Source: a virus (Duplodnaviria > Caudoviricetes). Taken from it: 64,000 nt of DNA. Below the pieces are notes generated by a model that searched no databases, was not told where the DNA came from, and saw nothing but the letters and a program-made list of their open reading frames with translations. Shown here piece by piece: positions 55,901-64,000 of the stretch; within the stretch, counting starts at the first letter, position 1; the number at the start of each line of letters is the position of its first letter. A program made the translations under genes and the position numbers. The stretch lies in IMG/VR virus record IMGVR_UViG_3300025137_005045, one strand, 5' to 3'.

Positions 55901-56201
55901 AATTTGGATATATCTACCAGTTGTGATACTTATTGCAATAGGTGGGTATCATAACTATCAAAACTGGATTAATCCTTTAGGACTAAGACCAGAAGTAGAT
56001 CCTAAACAACATGACGGTAGTCAAGCATTCCAAGTTCAGGAACAATTCAAATCAAGTATTACCAGGGAAGATGGCCTTCCAATATATATTCCTGAAACCA
56101 AAGACATTGTCATTGATGATACTTTCAATGAAAAAGAACAAGCAATATTTGATGAACTTAGAAAAAAAGATCCATATGAGGGTCAAATACTGGTTGACTA
56201 A
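55854..56201 (+). CDS. hypothetical membrane-anchored protein
   Basis: One TM segment near the N-terminus. Confidence 0.55.
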   Translation: MKLKMKIIKKQHLRYRIWIYLPVVILIAIGGYHNYQNWINPLGLRPEVDPKQHDGSQAFQVQEQFKSSITREDGLPIYIPETKDIVIDDTFNEKEQAIFDELRKKDPYEGQILVD

Positions 56202-56222
56202 TAAATCATTTAGTCATATAAT
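56194..56222 (+). promoter_or_regulatory. sigma70-type promoter
   Basis: TTGACT(56194)-N17-TATAAT(56217). Confidence 0.8.
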
Positions 56223-56265
56223 GTTTGTAAGTTAGAAATTTATTAACAACACGGGGGTGTAAAAC

Positions 56266-57354
56266 ATGACAGATACAAGAACAATTAATTCGCAAGATGC
56301 AAGAGCAGGACTTAAAAAATGCTTTGATAAAAAACGTCCTGTATTCCTTTGGGGTCCTCCAGGAATTGGTAAATCTGAACTAGTAGCAGACATTGCACAA
56401 GAACTAAAAGGTCATATGATTGATCTACGGTTAGGACAGATGGATCCAACAGACATTCGTGGTATTCCTTTTTACAATAAAGATAACGGTTTAATGGATT
56501 GGGCACCTCCAATTGATTTACCTAGTGTAGAGATGGCAAAAGAACATCCAGTAGTTGTTTTGTTCCTGGATGAAATGAACTCATCGGCTCCAGCAGTACA
56601 GGCCGCGGCATATCAATTAATATTAAACAGACGTGTTGGTAAGTATAAACTTCCAGACAACGTAGTTATTGTTGCCGCAGGTAATAGAGAATCAGATAAA
56701 GGTGTTACATACAGAATGCCTACTCCACTTGCTAACAGATTTATTCACTTAGAAATGAAAGTGGATTTTGAATCGTGGGAACAATGGGCAGTTAAAAACA
56801 AAATACACAAAGACGTTATCGGTTATCTTGCATATAGCAAGCAAGATTTATACGATTTCGATCCTAAGAGTTCGAGTAGGGCGTTCGCTACCCCCCGTTC
56901 GTGGACCTTCGTATCAGAATTGCTAACAGACGAAGATTCAGACAAGAGCGTTCTACTCAACCTAATCGCTGGAAGTGTTGGAGAAGGACTTGCAGTTAAG
57001 TTTATGGCACACAGAAAAGTAGCTAGCCAAATGCCTAATCCAGAAGACATACTTGCAGGTAAGGTAAAAGAGTTAGAAATTAAAGATATATCAGCTATGT
57101 ATTCGTTAGTAGTTTCAATGTGTTATGAGCTTAAAGACAGACAAGACAATGGTATTAAAGAACCAGAGTTTAATAAAAATCTTGATTGTTTCTTTGAGTA
57201 CATGATGAACAACTTTGAAACAGAGATAGTGGTAATGGGTGCCAGAACTGCTCTTACCACATATGATTTAAAATTTAGTCCTACTAAACTTAAATCTTTT
57301 GATAAATTTCATGATAAGTACGGGAAGTATATACTAAAAGCAAGCCAGGGATAA
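56266..57354 (+). CDS. MoxR-like AAA+ ATPase
   Basis: GPPGIGKS, LFLDEMN, AAGNR and LANRF. Confidence 0.9.
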   Translation: MTDTRTINSQDARAGLKKCFDKKRPVFLWGPPGIGKSELVADIAQELKGHMIDLRLGQMDPTDIRGIPFYNKDNGLMDWAPPIDLPSVEMAKEHPVVVLFLDEMNSSAPAVQAAAYQLILNRRVGKYKLPDNVVIVAAGNRESDKGVTYRMPTPLANRFIHLEMKVDFESWEQWAVKNKIHKDVIGYLAYSKQDLYDFDPKSSSRAFATPRSWTFVSELLTDEDSDKSVLLNLIAGSVGEGLAVKFMAHRKVASQMPNPEDILAGKVKELEIKDISAMYSLVVSMCYELKDRQDNGIKEPEFNKNLDCFFEYMMNNFETEIVVMGARTALTTYDLKFSPTKLKSFDKFHDKYGKYILKASQG

Positions 57355-57654
57355 ATGCGTACCTTTAAGGTAAGAAAGACATCAGTGCAATGGAATGCAC
57401 ACCCAAAATTCCTCTACTCAATTGAATTTGATAGGATTAGTTATCAACAGGCAGTAGAGGATTTTGCTATGGCATTAGATTGGTGTTGGTCAACTTGGGG
57501 GAATTCAGTAGATTTACAAAGTTGGCTACACCTAAATAGACGAAAGAAAAGTAATCAGTATTGGTGCTGGGATAATCAAACCAGTGTTCACAGTAACAGA
57601 ATATATTTGTCATCAGGTAAGGAAGTTGATGTATTTTTATTAAAATGGAAATGA
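57355..57654 (+). CDS. hypothetical protein
   Basis: Trp-rich, 99 aa. Confidence 0.6.
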   Translation: MRTFKVRKTSVQWNAHPKFLYSIEFDRISYQQAVEDFAMALDWCWSTWGNSVDLQSWLHLNRRKKSNQYWCWDNQTSVHSNRIYLSSGKEVDVFLLKWK

Positions 57655-57896
57655 TGATTGACATAGAGAACGTTGGACCTGATGATCAGCTTATGATCAT
57701 CAAGTTGGAGGCTCCATTGGATACCACTGAAAAAATATTCCAATGGAATGATCGTATGGATATTATTTCAAAAGATCTTGAGGATGTTCCGTTCGCTGAA
57801 AGAGTAAGTTACGATAAATGGAAATGGTCTAATAGTCACGAACTTAATAGATACTTGACCTATTACTTTATGAGATTTGAAGGCAATGAAAGTTAA
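57645..57896 (+). CDS. hypothetical protein
   Basis: 83-aa ORF overlapping both neighbours. Confidence 0.55.
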   Translation: MEMMIDIENVGPDDQLMIIKLEAPLDTTEKIFQWNDRMDIISKDLEDVPFAERVSYDKWKWSNSHELNRYLTYYFMRFEGNES

Positions 57897-58365
57897 AATA
57901 CCAAACAAGTTTAAATTTATTGATACCGTATTGTACAAAGTTGCTAAACCTTTTGACTTTGGTAAACCAGAAAAGAATTTACACCTAGCAAAAAAGATGT
58001 TAGACTTTATGAAAAAGTCAAAAGGTATTGGGATTGCGGCCCCGCAAGTTGGAATATCTGCCAGAGTGTTTGTTATGCAAACTAAGTTTGACGAGTGTGG
58101 TATGAGCATGTTCTGTTTTAATCCTCGTATCATTGAATACGGAAAAACTCTTTGTGAAACTGAGGAAGGGTGTTTAAGTTTTCCTGGTGAAACTATGAAG
58201 ATAAAACGATCAGCATCAATACATGTAGAATATCATAACCACAAAGGCGAAAAGATTGAAGCAAGATTTTGGGGACTTAATGCAATCTGTTTTCAACATG
58301 AACTAGATCATTTAGATGGAATAGTCATTCACGATCGTTACAAAGAACAAAATGAAATTAACTAA
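57886..58365 (+). CDS. def: peptide deformylase
   Basis: GIGIAAPQVG, EGCLS and QHELDHLDG. Confidence 0.95.
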   Translation: MKVKIPNKFKFIDTVLYKVAKPFDFGKPEKNLHLAKKMLDFMKKSKGIGIAAPQVGISARVFVMQTKFDECGMSMFCFNPRIIEYGKTLCETEEGCLSFPGETMKIKRSASIHVEYHNHKGEKIEARFWGLNAICFQHELDHLDGIVIHDRYKEQNEIN

Positions 58366-58960
58366 AACACTAGCAGGATGTATTGATGTCTGGGAAGATT
58401 GTTGGGAATACTCTGCCAATACCGTTACTTTAGCTGAAGCCGTTTGTCAGAACACCGAACTACCAAATATTAGATGGCGACCAGCACCATATCTGGGCAA
58501 GAGTGCTAAACGCCAATCAGAATACCTAAACCTAACATCTATACACAAACAGCATCCTCATCCAATTACATCTAAACTGTATGAAGACTTTCATATGGTT
58601 ATCACTGATGCTACCCAAGAATACATGAAGCGTTACGGAATTAGAGAGGACTGTTATAATAACTCTAGCTATCAACTATTAAAATATCAAGAAGGCGGTG
58701 AATACCCTAATCATTATGATGGCCCTACAGAAACAGGAAGACACATAAGTGCTATACTTTACATCAATGATGAGTACGAAGGCGGTGAACTAGTTTTTCC
58801 TTTACACAATATTTGGATTAAACCCAAAGCAGGAATGTTAGTTATGTTTCCTAGTTCATGGGCGTATCAACATCAAGCTGAGCCAATAACTAACGGCACC
58901 AAGTACGCTATTGTTACTTGGTTACACGATAGACCAAATGACAATGCCATACCTAGTTAA
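58352..58960 (+). CDS. 2OG-Fe(II) oxygenase (prolyl-4-hydroxylase-like)
   Basis: YPNHYD, YINDEYEGGEL and YQHQAEPITNGTKY. Confidence 0.88.
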   Translation: MKLTKTLAGCIDVWEDCWEYSANTVTLAEAVCQNTELPNIRWRPAPYLGKSAKRQSEYLNLTSIHKQHPHPITSKLYEDFHMVITDATQEYMKRYGIREDCYNNSSYQLLKYQEGGEYPNHYDGPTETGRHISAILYINDEYEGGELVFPLHNIWIKPKAGMLVMFPSSWAYQHQAEPITNGTKYAIVTWLHDRPNDNAIPS

Positions 58961-59138
58961 AGTATACTGGAGAGATGGTGATACCATACGTCAATGGAAT
59001 GAAGACATGGCGTGGATAACTGACCAATTTGGTCTGCCTGGACATAATTGGCATGCAAATGTAACCACAGACTGGATGGAAATATCATTTAATGACGAAG
59101 TAGATGCTACATTAGCAAGATTAAAATTAGGACACTAA
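58938..59138 (+). CDS. hypothetical protein
   Basis: About 66 aa (W..D.FGLPG..W). Confidence 0.55.
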   Translation: MTMPYLVKVYWRDGDTIRQWNEDMAWITDQFGLPGHNWHANVTTDWMEISFNDEVDATLARLKLGH

Positions 59139-59140
59139 CT

Positions 59141-59743
59141 ATGAGTAACCCATTTGAATATATAACAGAGTTTGAATCTGCACTAGCTTCATACACCGGT
59201 GCCAAATATTCTGTAATGACTGACTGTTGTACCCATGCACTTGAGCTTGCATTTCTGGCAACTGGCTTTAAAAAGACAGAGTTTACTCCTAAAACATATA
59301 TTAGCATTCCAATGATGTTAACTAAAATCGGAGTTGATTGGAAATATGGTAATCAAATTGATTGGTCAGGTGAATATTATTTTTCAGACACGAACATTTG
59401 GGATTCAGCTCGTGCATTATATCCTTCTATGTATAAAGAAAAACAGATACAATGTCTAAGTTTTGGCCATGGCAAGCCTTTACAGTTAGGTCGTGGTGGT
59501 GCTATCTTGTTAGATGACTATGAACTTTATAAGCGACTTAAACTAATGTGTTACGATGGTAGAGACTTATCTATAACACCTTGGGAAAAACAGGAAGTGT
59601 TTGAACTAGGTTATCACTACAAGCCCACACCTGAAGAAGCAGAACTAGGATTAAAAATGTTAGGAACTCATAACGAACAGCCTAAATACAAGGATATCAC
59701 TAGTTATCAATATCCAGACTTAAGAAAAATTACAATAAAATAA
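59141..59743 (+). CDS. short DegT/DnrJ/EryC1/StrS-family PLP aminotransferase-like protein
   Basis: EFESALASYTG, WDSA, CLSFGHGKPL..GRGGAIL and GYHYK. Confidence 0.75.
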   Translation: MSNPFEYITEFESALASYTGAKYSVMTDCCTHALELAFLATGFKKTEFTPKTYISIPMMLTKIGVDWKYGNQIDWSGEYYFSDTNIWDSARALYPSMYKEKQIQCLSFGHGKPLQLGRGGAILLDDYELYKRLKLMCYDGRDLSITPWEKQEVFELGYHYKPTPEEAELGLKMLGTHNEQPKYKDITSYQYPDLRKITIK

Positions 59744-59746
59744 CAG

Positions 59747-59775
59747 TTGACCAATAATTCATTTTATCATATAAT
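59747..59775 (+). promoter_or_regulatory. sigma70-type promoter
   Basis: TTGACC(59747)-N17-TATAAT(59770). Confidence 0.8.
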
Positions 59776-59781
59776 ACTTGT

Positions 59782-61092
59782 ATGACTACAGCAACCACAA
59801 CAGAAAATAAAGATAAAGAACTAGCAGAAAAATTTAAAGATATTCTTGGTCCTACAGACCGAGCAGTAGATGCAGAAGCACGTGAACGTTTAGTTACTGC
59901 ACGTATTGGTCTGCTACTTAAACAACCGTTCTTTGGTAATTTAGCTACAAGACTTAAACTAGTAAATGCAGACGAATGGTGTCAAACAGCGGCTACAGAT
60001 GGTCGTAACTTTTATTACAATTCACGTTTTATCATGATGTTGTCAGGGGAAAAAGAATGTGAATTCTTGTTTGGTCATGAGGTACTACATTGTGTATATG
60101 AGCATATTGGACGTAGAGATGACAACGATCATCAAGCTCAACTTTCAAATGTGGCCGCTGACTATTGTGTCAATGGTGATCTGGTACAACACAAAGTAGG
60201 CGAGATGATTACCAGTGTTCCTTGCTTACATGATACAAAATATTATGGTTGGAACTATGAGCGTGTATATGATGATTTATATGAGAATGCTGACAAAATT
60301 GACATACAGGACCTAGTCGACCAATTGTTAGATGAACATTTAGAAAATGAGGAATCAACTACATCAGAAACTGCTGAAAGCGACAAAGATAAAAAAGATG
60401 ATAAAACAGGTAAAGGTAAACCTAAATTATCAAAACAAGAATTACAAGATATCAAAGATGAATTAAAAGAAGCAATGGTAAGTGCCGCCAAACAAACAGG
60501 TGCTAGTAATCTTCCTGGTGGTGTTAAAAGAATAATAGAAGAAATTACAGATCCTAAGATGGATTGGAGAGAACTTCTAAGACAACAACTAGAAAGTACT
60601 CAAAAAAGCGATTATACTTTTGCTCGTCCTAGTCGACGAGGTTGGCATTTAGATGCTATACTTCCAGGTACAGACCATGAAGAAATGATTGATATTGCCA
60701 TTGCTTTTGACTCATCTGGGTCAATGGGAAATAAGATGCTAAGTGATCTTAAAGGTGAGGTTAAAGGTATCACTGAAGAATTTAACAATTACAGAATACA
60801 TATGTTCTCATTTGATACAGAAGTTTATAACCCACAAGACTATACCAGTGATAACTTAGATGATATCATGGAGTATGAAATAGAAGGCGGAGGTGGAACA
60901 GACTTTGTTTCCATGTTCAACTATCTTAAAGAGAATGAAATTTCACCAAAAAGATTAGTGGTATTTACAGATGGTTATCCTTGGGGTTCCTGGGGAGATT
61001 CCAACTATTGCGAAACTGTATGGATTATACATAGCAATAGTAACCCTAATCCACCGTTTGGTCAGTGGGCACTCTACGAGGATGACCAGTAA
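59782..61092 (+). CDS. metallopeptidase-like plus vWA domain protein (MoxR partner)
   Basis: TAATDG, HEVLH, MIDAS-type AFDSSGSM (DxSxS), GGGGTDF and VFTDGY. Confidence 0.88.
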   Translation: MTTATTTENKDKELAEKFKDILGPTDRAVDAEARERLVTARIGLLLKQPFFGNLATRLKLVNADEWCQTAATDGRNFYYNSRFIMMLSGEKECEFLFGHEVLHCVYEHIGRRDDNDHQAQLSNVAADYCVNGDLVQHKVGEMITSVPCLHDTKYYGWNYERVYDDLYENADKIDIQDLVDQLLDEHLENEESTTSETAESDKDKKDDKTGKGKPKLSKQELQDIKDELKEAMVSAAKQTGASNLPGGVKRIIEEITDPKMDWRELLRQQLESTQKSDYTFARPSRRGWHLDAILPGTDHEEMIDIAIAFDSSGSMGNKMLSDLKGEVKGITEEFNNYRIHMFSFDTEVYNPQDYTSDNLDDIMEYEIEGGGGTDFVSMFNYLKENEISPKRLVVFTDGYPWGSWGDSNYCETVWIIHSNSNPNPPFGQWALYEDDQ

Positions 61093-61160
61093 AAAATTTA
61101 CCCCTACCCAGCGTAGACCATTAAATATTAGTAGAAACTATTCGAATAGGAGTTAATGAT

Positions 61161-61445
61161 ATGGCGAAAGCTAAAGAAACAAAGAAAGAAGAAGTAGCAA
61201 CACCTGAAGCACCTGCTACAGAAAATGCTACAGAAAACCCTGCACCACAATTAACAGTACAAGATTTAGTTGTATTGCGTAGTTGTATTGAAATGGGTTC
61301 ACAAAGAGGTGCTTGGCGTGCTAACGAGTTAACACAAGTTGGTGCAGTATACGAAAAGCTATCAGCTTTTTTACAAACACTTTTACCACCAAAAGAAGCA
61401 GAGGCTGACGAGCCAACTGCTGATAAAGGAGAAACAAATGATTAA
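61161..61445 (+). CDS. hypothetical protein
   Basis: LTVQDL...SQRGAWRANEL..VG.VY.KL; TAAATA at 61122; RBS aggag. Confidence 0.7.
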   Translation: MAKAKETKKEEVATPEAPATENATENPAPQLTVQDLVVLRSCIEMGSQRGAWRANELTQVGAVYEKLSAFLQTLLPPKEAEADEPTADKGETND

Positions 61446-62082
61446 GCACGTTGGGCAACATAATGAACGTAAGATTGTTATCGTTTATAGAGAAGTTCCT
61501 GATCAAGACCACATGGCTTTGGTTGTATATTCCGATGTACTGCCTGGAGCAATTCATGACCCTGTTATGAAAGTGTTAGAAGATGAAGGACAAGCTCAAA
61601 AATCACTAGCAGATGCATTCCATAAGGCAACATTACCAGATGGTAGAAACATGCTAGGAGCATTGCATTCAGAAGGTTACCTCAAGAAAGTTCAAACTAA
61701 TCAAATTGTTGTTACAGCAAATAAATCTTCAAGCGTTAGATTAGATGAACTTAACAAGATTATCAACGAAATGGAACAAGGTGCTGATGCACAAGAACGT
61801 TTAGCAAAATTAGATGAGAGTAGAGGTCTGGTAGATCCTGCCGTAGGTCGTGAGCTAGGTGCTCCTCCTCCAACTACTGCTCCAGCAGGTAGTGCTTTAA
61901 CTGATGCAGATATTGCAAATAATCTATTAGATCAAGCAAACACTATGGAAAGGAATGCTAAATCAATGCTTGCAGAATCAAAACGTTTAAAAGCAGAAGC
62001 AAAAGAAATGGCACCCAAAAAGAAGGCCGCACCTAAAGCAACTGGCGTGAAAAAGACGACAGCAAAAAAGACCGTAGCATAA
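61438..62082 (+). CDS. hypothetical protein with basic C-terminal tail
   Basis: MIKHVG start at 61438; KKAAPKA tail. Confidence 0.7.
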   Translation: MIKHVGQHNERKIVIVYREVPDQDHMALVVYSDVLPGAIHDPVMKVLEDEGQAQKSLADAFHKATLPDGRNMLGALHSEGYLKKVQTNQIVVTANKSSSVRLDELNKIINEMEQGADAQERLAKLDESRGLVDPAVGRELGAPPPTTAPAGSALTDADIANNLLDQANTMERNAKSMLAESKRLKAEAKEMAPKKKAAPKATGVKKTTAKKTVA

Positions 62083-62098
62083 TTAGAAAAGGAAAACC

Positions 62099-62401
62099 AT
62101 GCTCCTCAGTGAAGAATTCCTCTCTCGATGGGAGGACCTGGTTGAAGGCGTTGACAAAACTGATGTTCCGGTAGACTGCATTAAAAGAGTTGTAATTAAA
62201 CTTAAAGACGGTAGACGCCGCTATTTAAATATGGCAACACTGCGTAAAAAAGGATTAGATCCTTATGAGCTCGAAGGCGTACTTAATCAGAAACTTGAAG
62301 AATATGATAAAGATATCGCTAATGTTGACTTCTTTGTTGATGTTGATCAAGTAGCAGAACTAATACAACCAGAGACGGATAAAATACTAGGTGGTCTATG
62401 A
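62099..62401 (+). CDS. hypothetical protein
   Basis: 100 aa; RBS aagga. Confidence 0.65.
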   Translation: MLLSEEFLSRWEDLVEGVDKTDVPVDCIKRVVIKLKDGRRRYLNMATLRKKGLDPYELEGVLNQKLEEYDKDIANVDFFVDVDQVAELIQPETDKILGGL

Positions 62402-62859
62402 AGGCCATCCTAGCATGTGACAGCCAAGGAGGTATTGGGAAAGATAACCAGTTACCTTGGAAAAAACTAGAGGGAGATCTCCCTCGCTTTAAAGAACTAA
62501 CAGAAAATCAAATAATAGTTATGGGACGCAATACCTGGGAAAGTTTACCAGAAAAGTTTCGTCCTCTTCCAAATCGGATAAACGTTGTAGTTAGTAGTCA
62601 ACAACTCAAATTACCCGAAGGTGTTGGACTAATCAATGATATCAGTATGGTTGATACTAGTCCAGTAGTTTGGTGCATAGGCGGAGCAAGTTTATTCAAA
62701 CAATTACTACCTAAAATTACAGAAATACATCTTTCACAAACATGGGAGACATATGATTGTGATACATTTATTGACATCGAACAAATTAAAAAAGACTTTG
62801 AAGTACAAAATCAAATAATACACGAAGGGCACACTTATATGATATTGACAAGAAAATGA
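62398..62859 (+). CDS. folA: dihydrofolate reductase
   Basis: GIGKDNQLPW, DLPRFKELT, VMGRNTWESL, RPLPNR, IGGA and CDTF. Confidence 0.95.
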   Translation: MKAILACDSQGGIGKDNQLPWKKLEGDLPRFKELTENQIIVMGRNTWESLPEKFRPLPNRINVVVSSQQLKLPEGVGLINDISMVDTSPVVWCIGGASLFKQLLPKITEIHLSQTWETYDCDTFIDIEQIKKDFEVQNQIIHEGHTYMILTRK

Positions 62860-63842
62860 AAACATACCTAGATAGCTTGCAATACATATTAGATAACGGA
62901 GAAACACGTAGTGATCGTACCGGAGTAGGTACCATTGGTGTGTTTGGTATGCAACAACGATATGATCTTACTCAAGGCTTTCCTGCTATTACCACAAAAA
63001 AATTAGCATTCAAAGCATGTTTATCTGAACTACTTTGGTTTATAGAAGGTAGCAGTGACGAACGTAGACTAGCTGAAATACTACACGGTACTAGAGATCA
63101 CAAAAAGAAAACTATATGGACTGCCAATGCGTTAAGCAAGGATTGGCAAGATCGTAAACAGGTATTTCCTAAAACTCCTGGAGTTGATGTGTTAGTCAAC
63201 GGCACACTTGGTGGGGTCAATGAAGGTATTGACACACCTGATTATGATCTAGGCCGTGTGTATGGAGTACAGTGGCGGTCGTGGCGTAGAAGTATAGAGC
63301 ATGCTTCGTACAGCCAATTTGAAAATATAGAACAGGAATTTAAACAAGTACCTAATCCTGATTATCATGTAGACCAACTTGTTAATCTGATTAAAGACAT
63401 TAAAAAAGACCCCAATGGTCGCAGACACATTTTAAGTGCATGGAATCCTGGAGAGTTGGAACAGATGGCATTACCCCCTTGTCATTGTTTTGCACAATTT
63501 TATGTAAGTGGTGATGGTAAGTTAAGTTGTCAAATGTATCAACGTTCATGCGATATGTTTTTAGGAGTTCCATTTAACATTGCATCATATAGTTTATTAA
63601 CGCATATGATCGCACAGTGCTGTGATCTTAATGTAGGTGAGCTCATACATACCCTAGGAGATGCACACATATATACGAATCATGTAGATGCTGTTCGAAC
63701 ACAATTGTCTAGAAAACCAAAAGAATTACCAACATTATGGCTAAATCCAGACATAAAAAACATTGACAAGTTCACCATGGATGATGTTAAACTACAAGAT
63801 TATAAACCAATGGGTTCAATCAAAGCGGAGATGGCTGTATGA
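62856..63842 (+). CDS. thyA: thymidylate synthase
   Basis: RTGVGT, ELLWF, LGRVYGVQWR, ALPPCH, QRSCD and PFNIASY. Confidence 0.96.
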   Translation: MKTYLDSLQYILDNGETRSDRTGVGTIGVFGMQQRYDLTQGFPAITTKKLAFKACLSELLWFIEGSSDERRLAEILHGTRDHKKKTIWTANALSKDWQDRKQVFPKTPGVDVLVNGTLGGVNEGIDTPDYDLGRVYGVQWRSWRRSIEHASYSQFENIEQEFKQVPNPDYHVDQLVNLIKDIKKDPNGRRHILSAWNPGELEQMALPPCHCFAQFYVSGDGKLSCQMYQRSCDMFLGVPFNIASYSLLTHMIAQCCDLNVGELIHTLGDAHIYTNHVDAVRTQLSRKPKELPTLWLNPDIKNIDKFTMDDVKLQDYKPMGSIKAEMAV

Positions 63843-64000
63843 AATTAACTGATAAACATAGAGTAAGATTTGCACAACATTCTGAATACGAAATTAGAGA
63901 CGAAGAAAAGATTTTCTGGAAGGTAGCAGACAAGTTTAAAGAGAACACAGAAAAAGCAGAATGGGTAGAACGTAATGGTGTTGAATTACAGTATGATCTA
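63839..64000 (+). CDS. hypothetical protein (3'-truncated by window edge)
   Basis: ATGA overlap with the thyA stop; open to the end of the window. Confidence 0.55.
   Translation, partial: MKLTDKHRVRFAQHSEYEIRDEEKIFWKVADKFKENTEKAEWVERNGVELQYDL

Noticed and set aside
62856-63842. ThyA as a dCMP hydroxymethylase for cytosine modification
   Set aside because: It retains PFNIASY (the Asn that specifies dUMP) and sits next to DHFR, consistent with ordinary thymidylate synthase despite two small insertions.
1-64000. Stop-codon reassignment, as in some jumbo phages
   Set aside because: Long conserved genes (PolB, ClpA, MetK, ThyA) are intact in the standard code and end at TAA, TAG or TGA right beside the next start.
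1-64000. Prophage or bacterial chromosome origin for the housekeeping-like genes (metK, folE, def, dps, grxD, clpA)
   Set aside because: They are interspersed with T4-like PolB, clamp, RNase H and TAAATA late promoters at phage-like density; no integrase, att site, rRNA or ribosomal protein operon.

Overview
This window is from an AT-rich, large tailed-phage (T4-like/jumbo myovirus-type) genome in the standard genetic code. It is gene-dense and mostly on the + strand. No integrase, transposase, rRNA or CRISPR array was seen. From left to right it holds: DnaJ and ClpA chaperones; a late region of small and modular proteins, many starting with a T4-style capsid-targeting N-terminus, including a HAD nucleotidase, an Fe/Mn SOD, a ParB-like protein and two paralogous WCTA-motif proteins, plus Dps and a SoxYZ-like carrier; a block of B12-radical-SAM, SGNH, sulfotransferase and glycosyltransferase genes; and a replication core (PolB, clamp, RNase H-like exonuclease). 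A dispersed 7-deazaguanine DNA-modification pathway follows (TGT/DpdA-like, a QueD-like LxxxHRHxF protein, FolE, QueD, QueE; no QueC in the window), with MetK, a PRTase, glycosyltransferases and a methyltransferase beside it. Further right are a 1200-aa secreted subtilase with a roughly 400-aa charged stalk, a tRNA-Glu/omega/ferredoxin/TraR operon, an MBD4-like glycosylase, a MoxR-vWA pair, peptide deformylase, DHFR and ThyA. Two promoter classes are visible: sigma70-type TTGAC-N16/17-TATAAT and late-type TAAATA. The strongest leads are the deazaguanine pathway with extra tailoring genes, the omega variant paired with TraR, the capsid-targeted cargo and polyprotein cluster, genes flanked by duplicated RBS or promoter sequences, and the stalked autotransporter-like protease. 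All product calls come from motif recognition; no database search was run.
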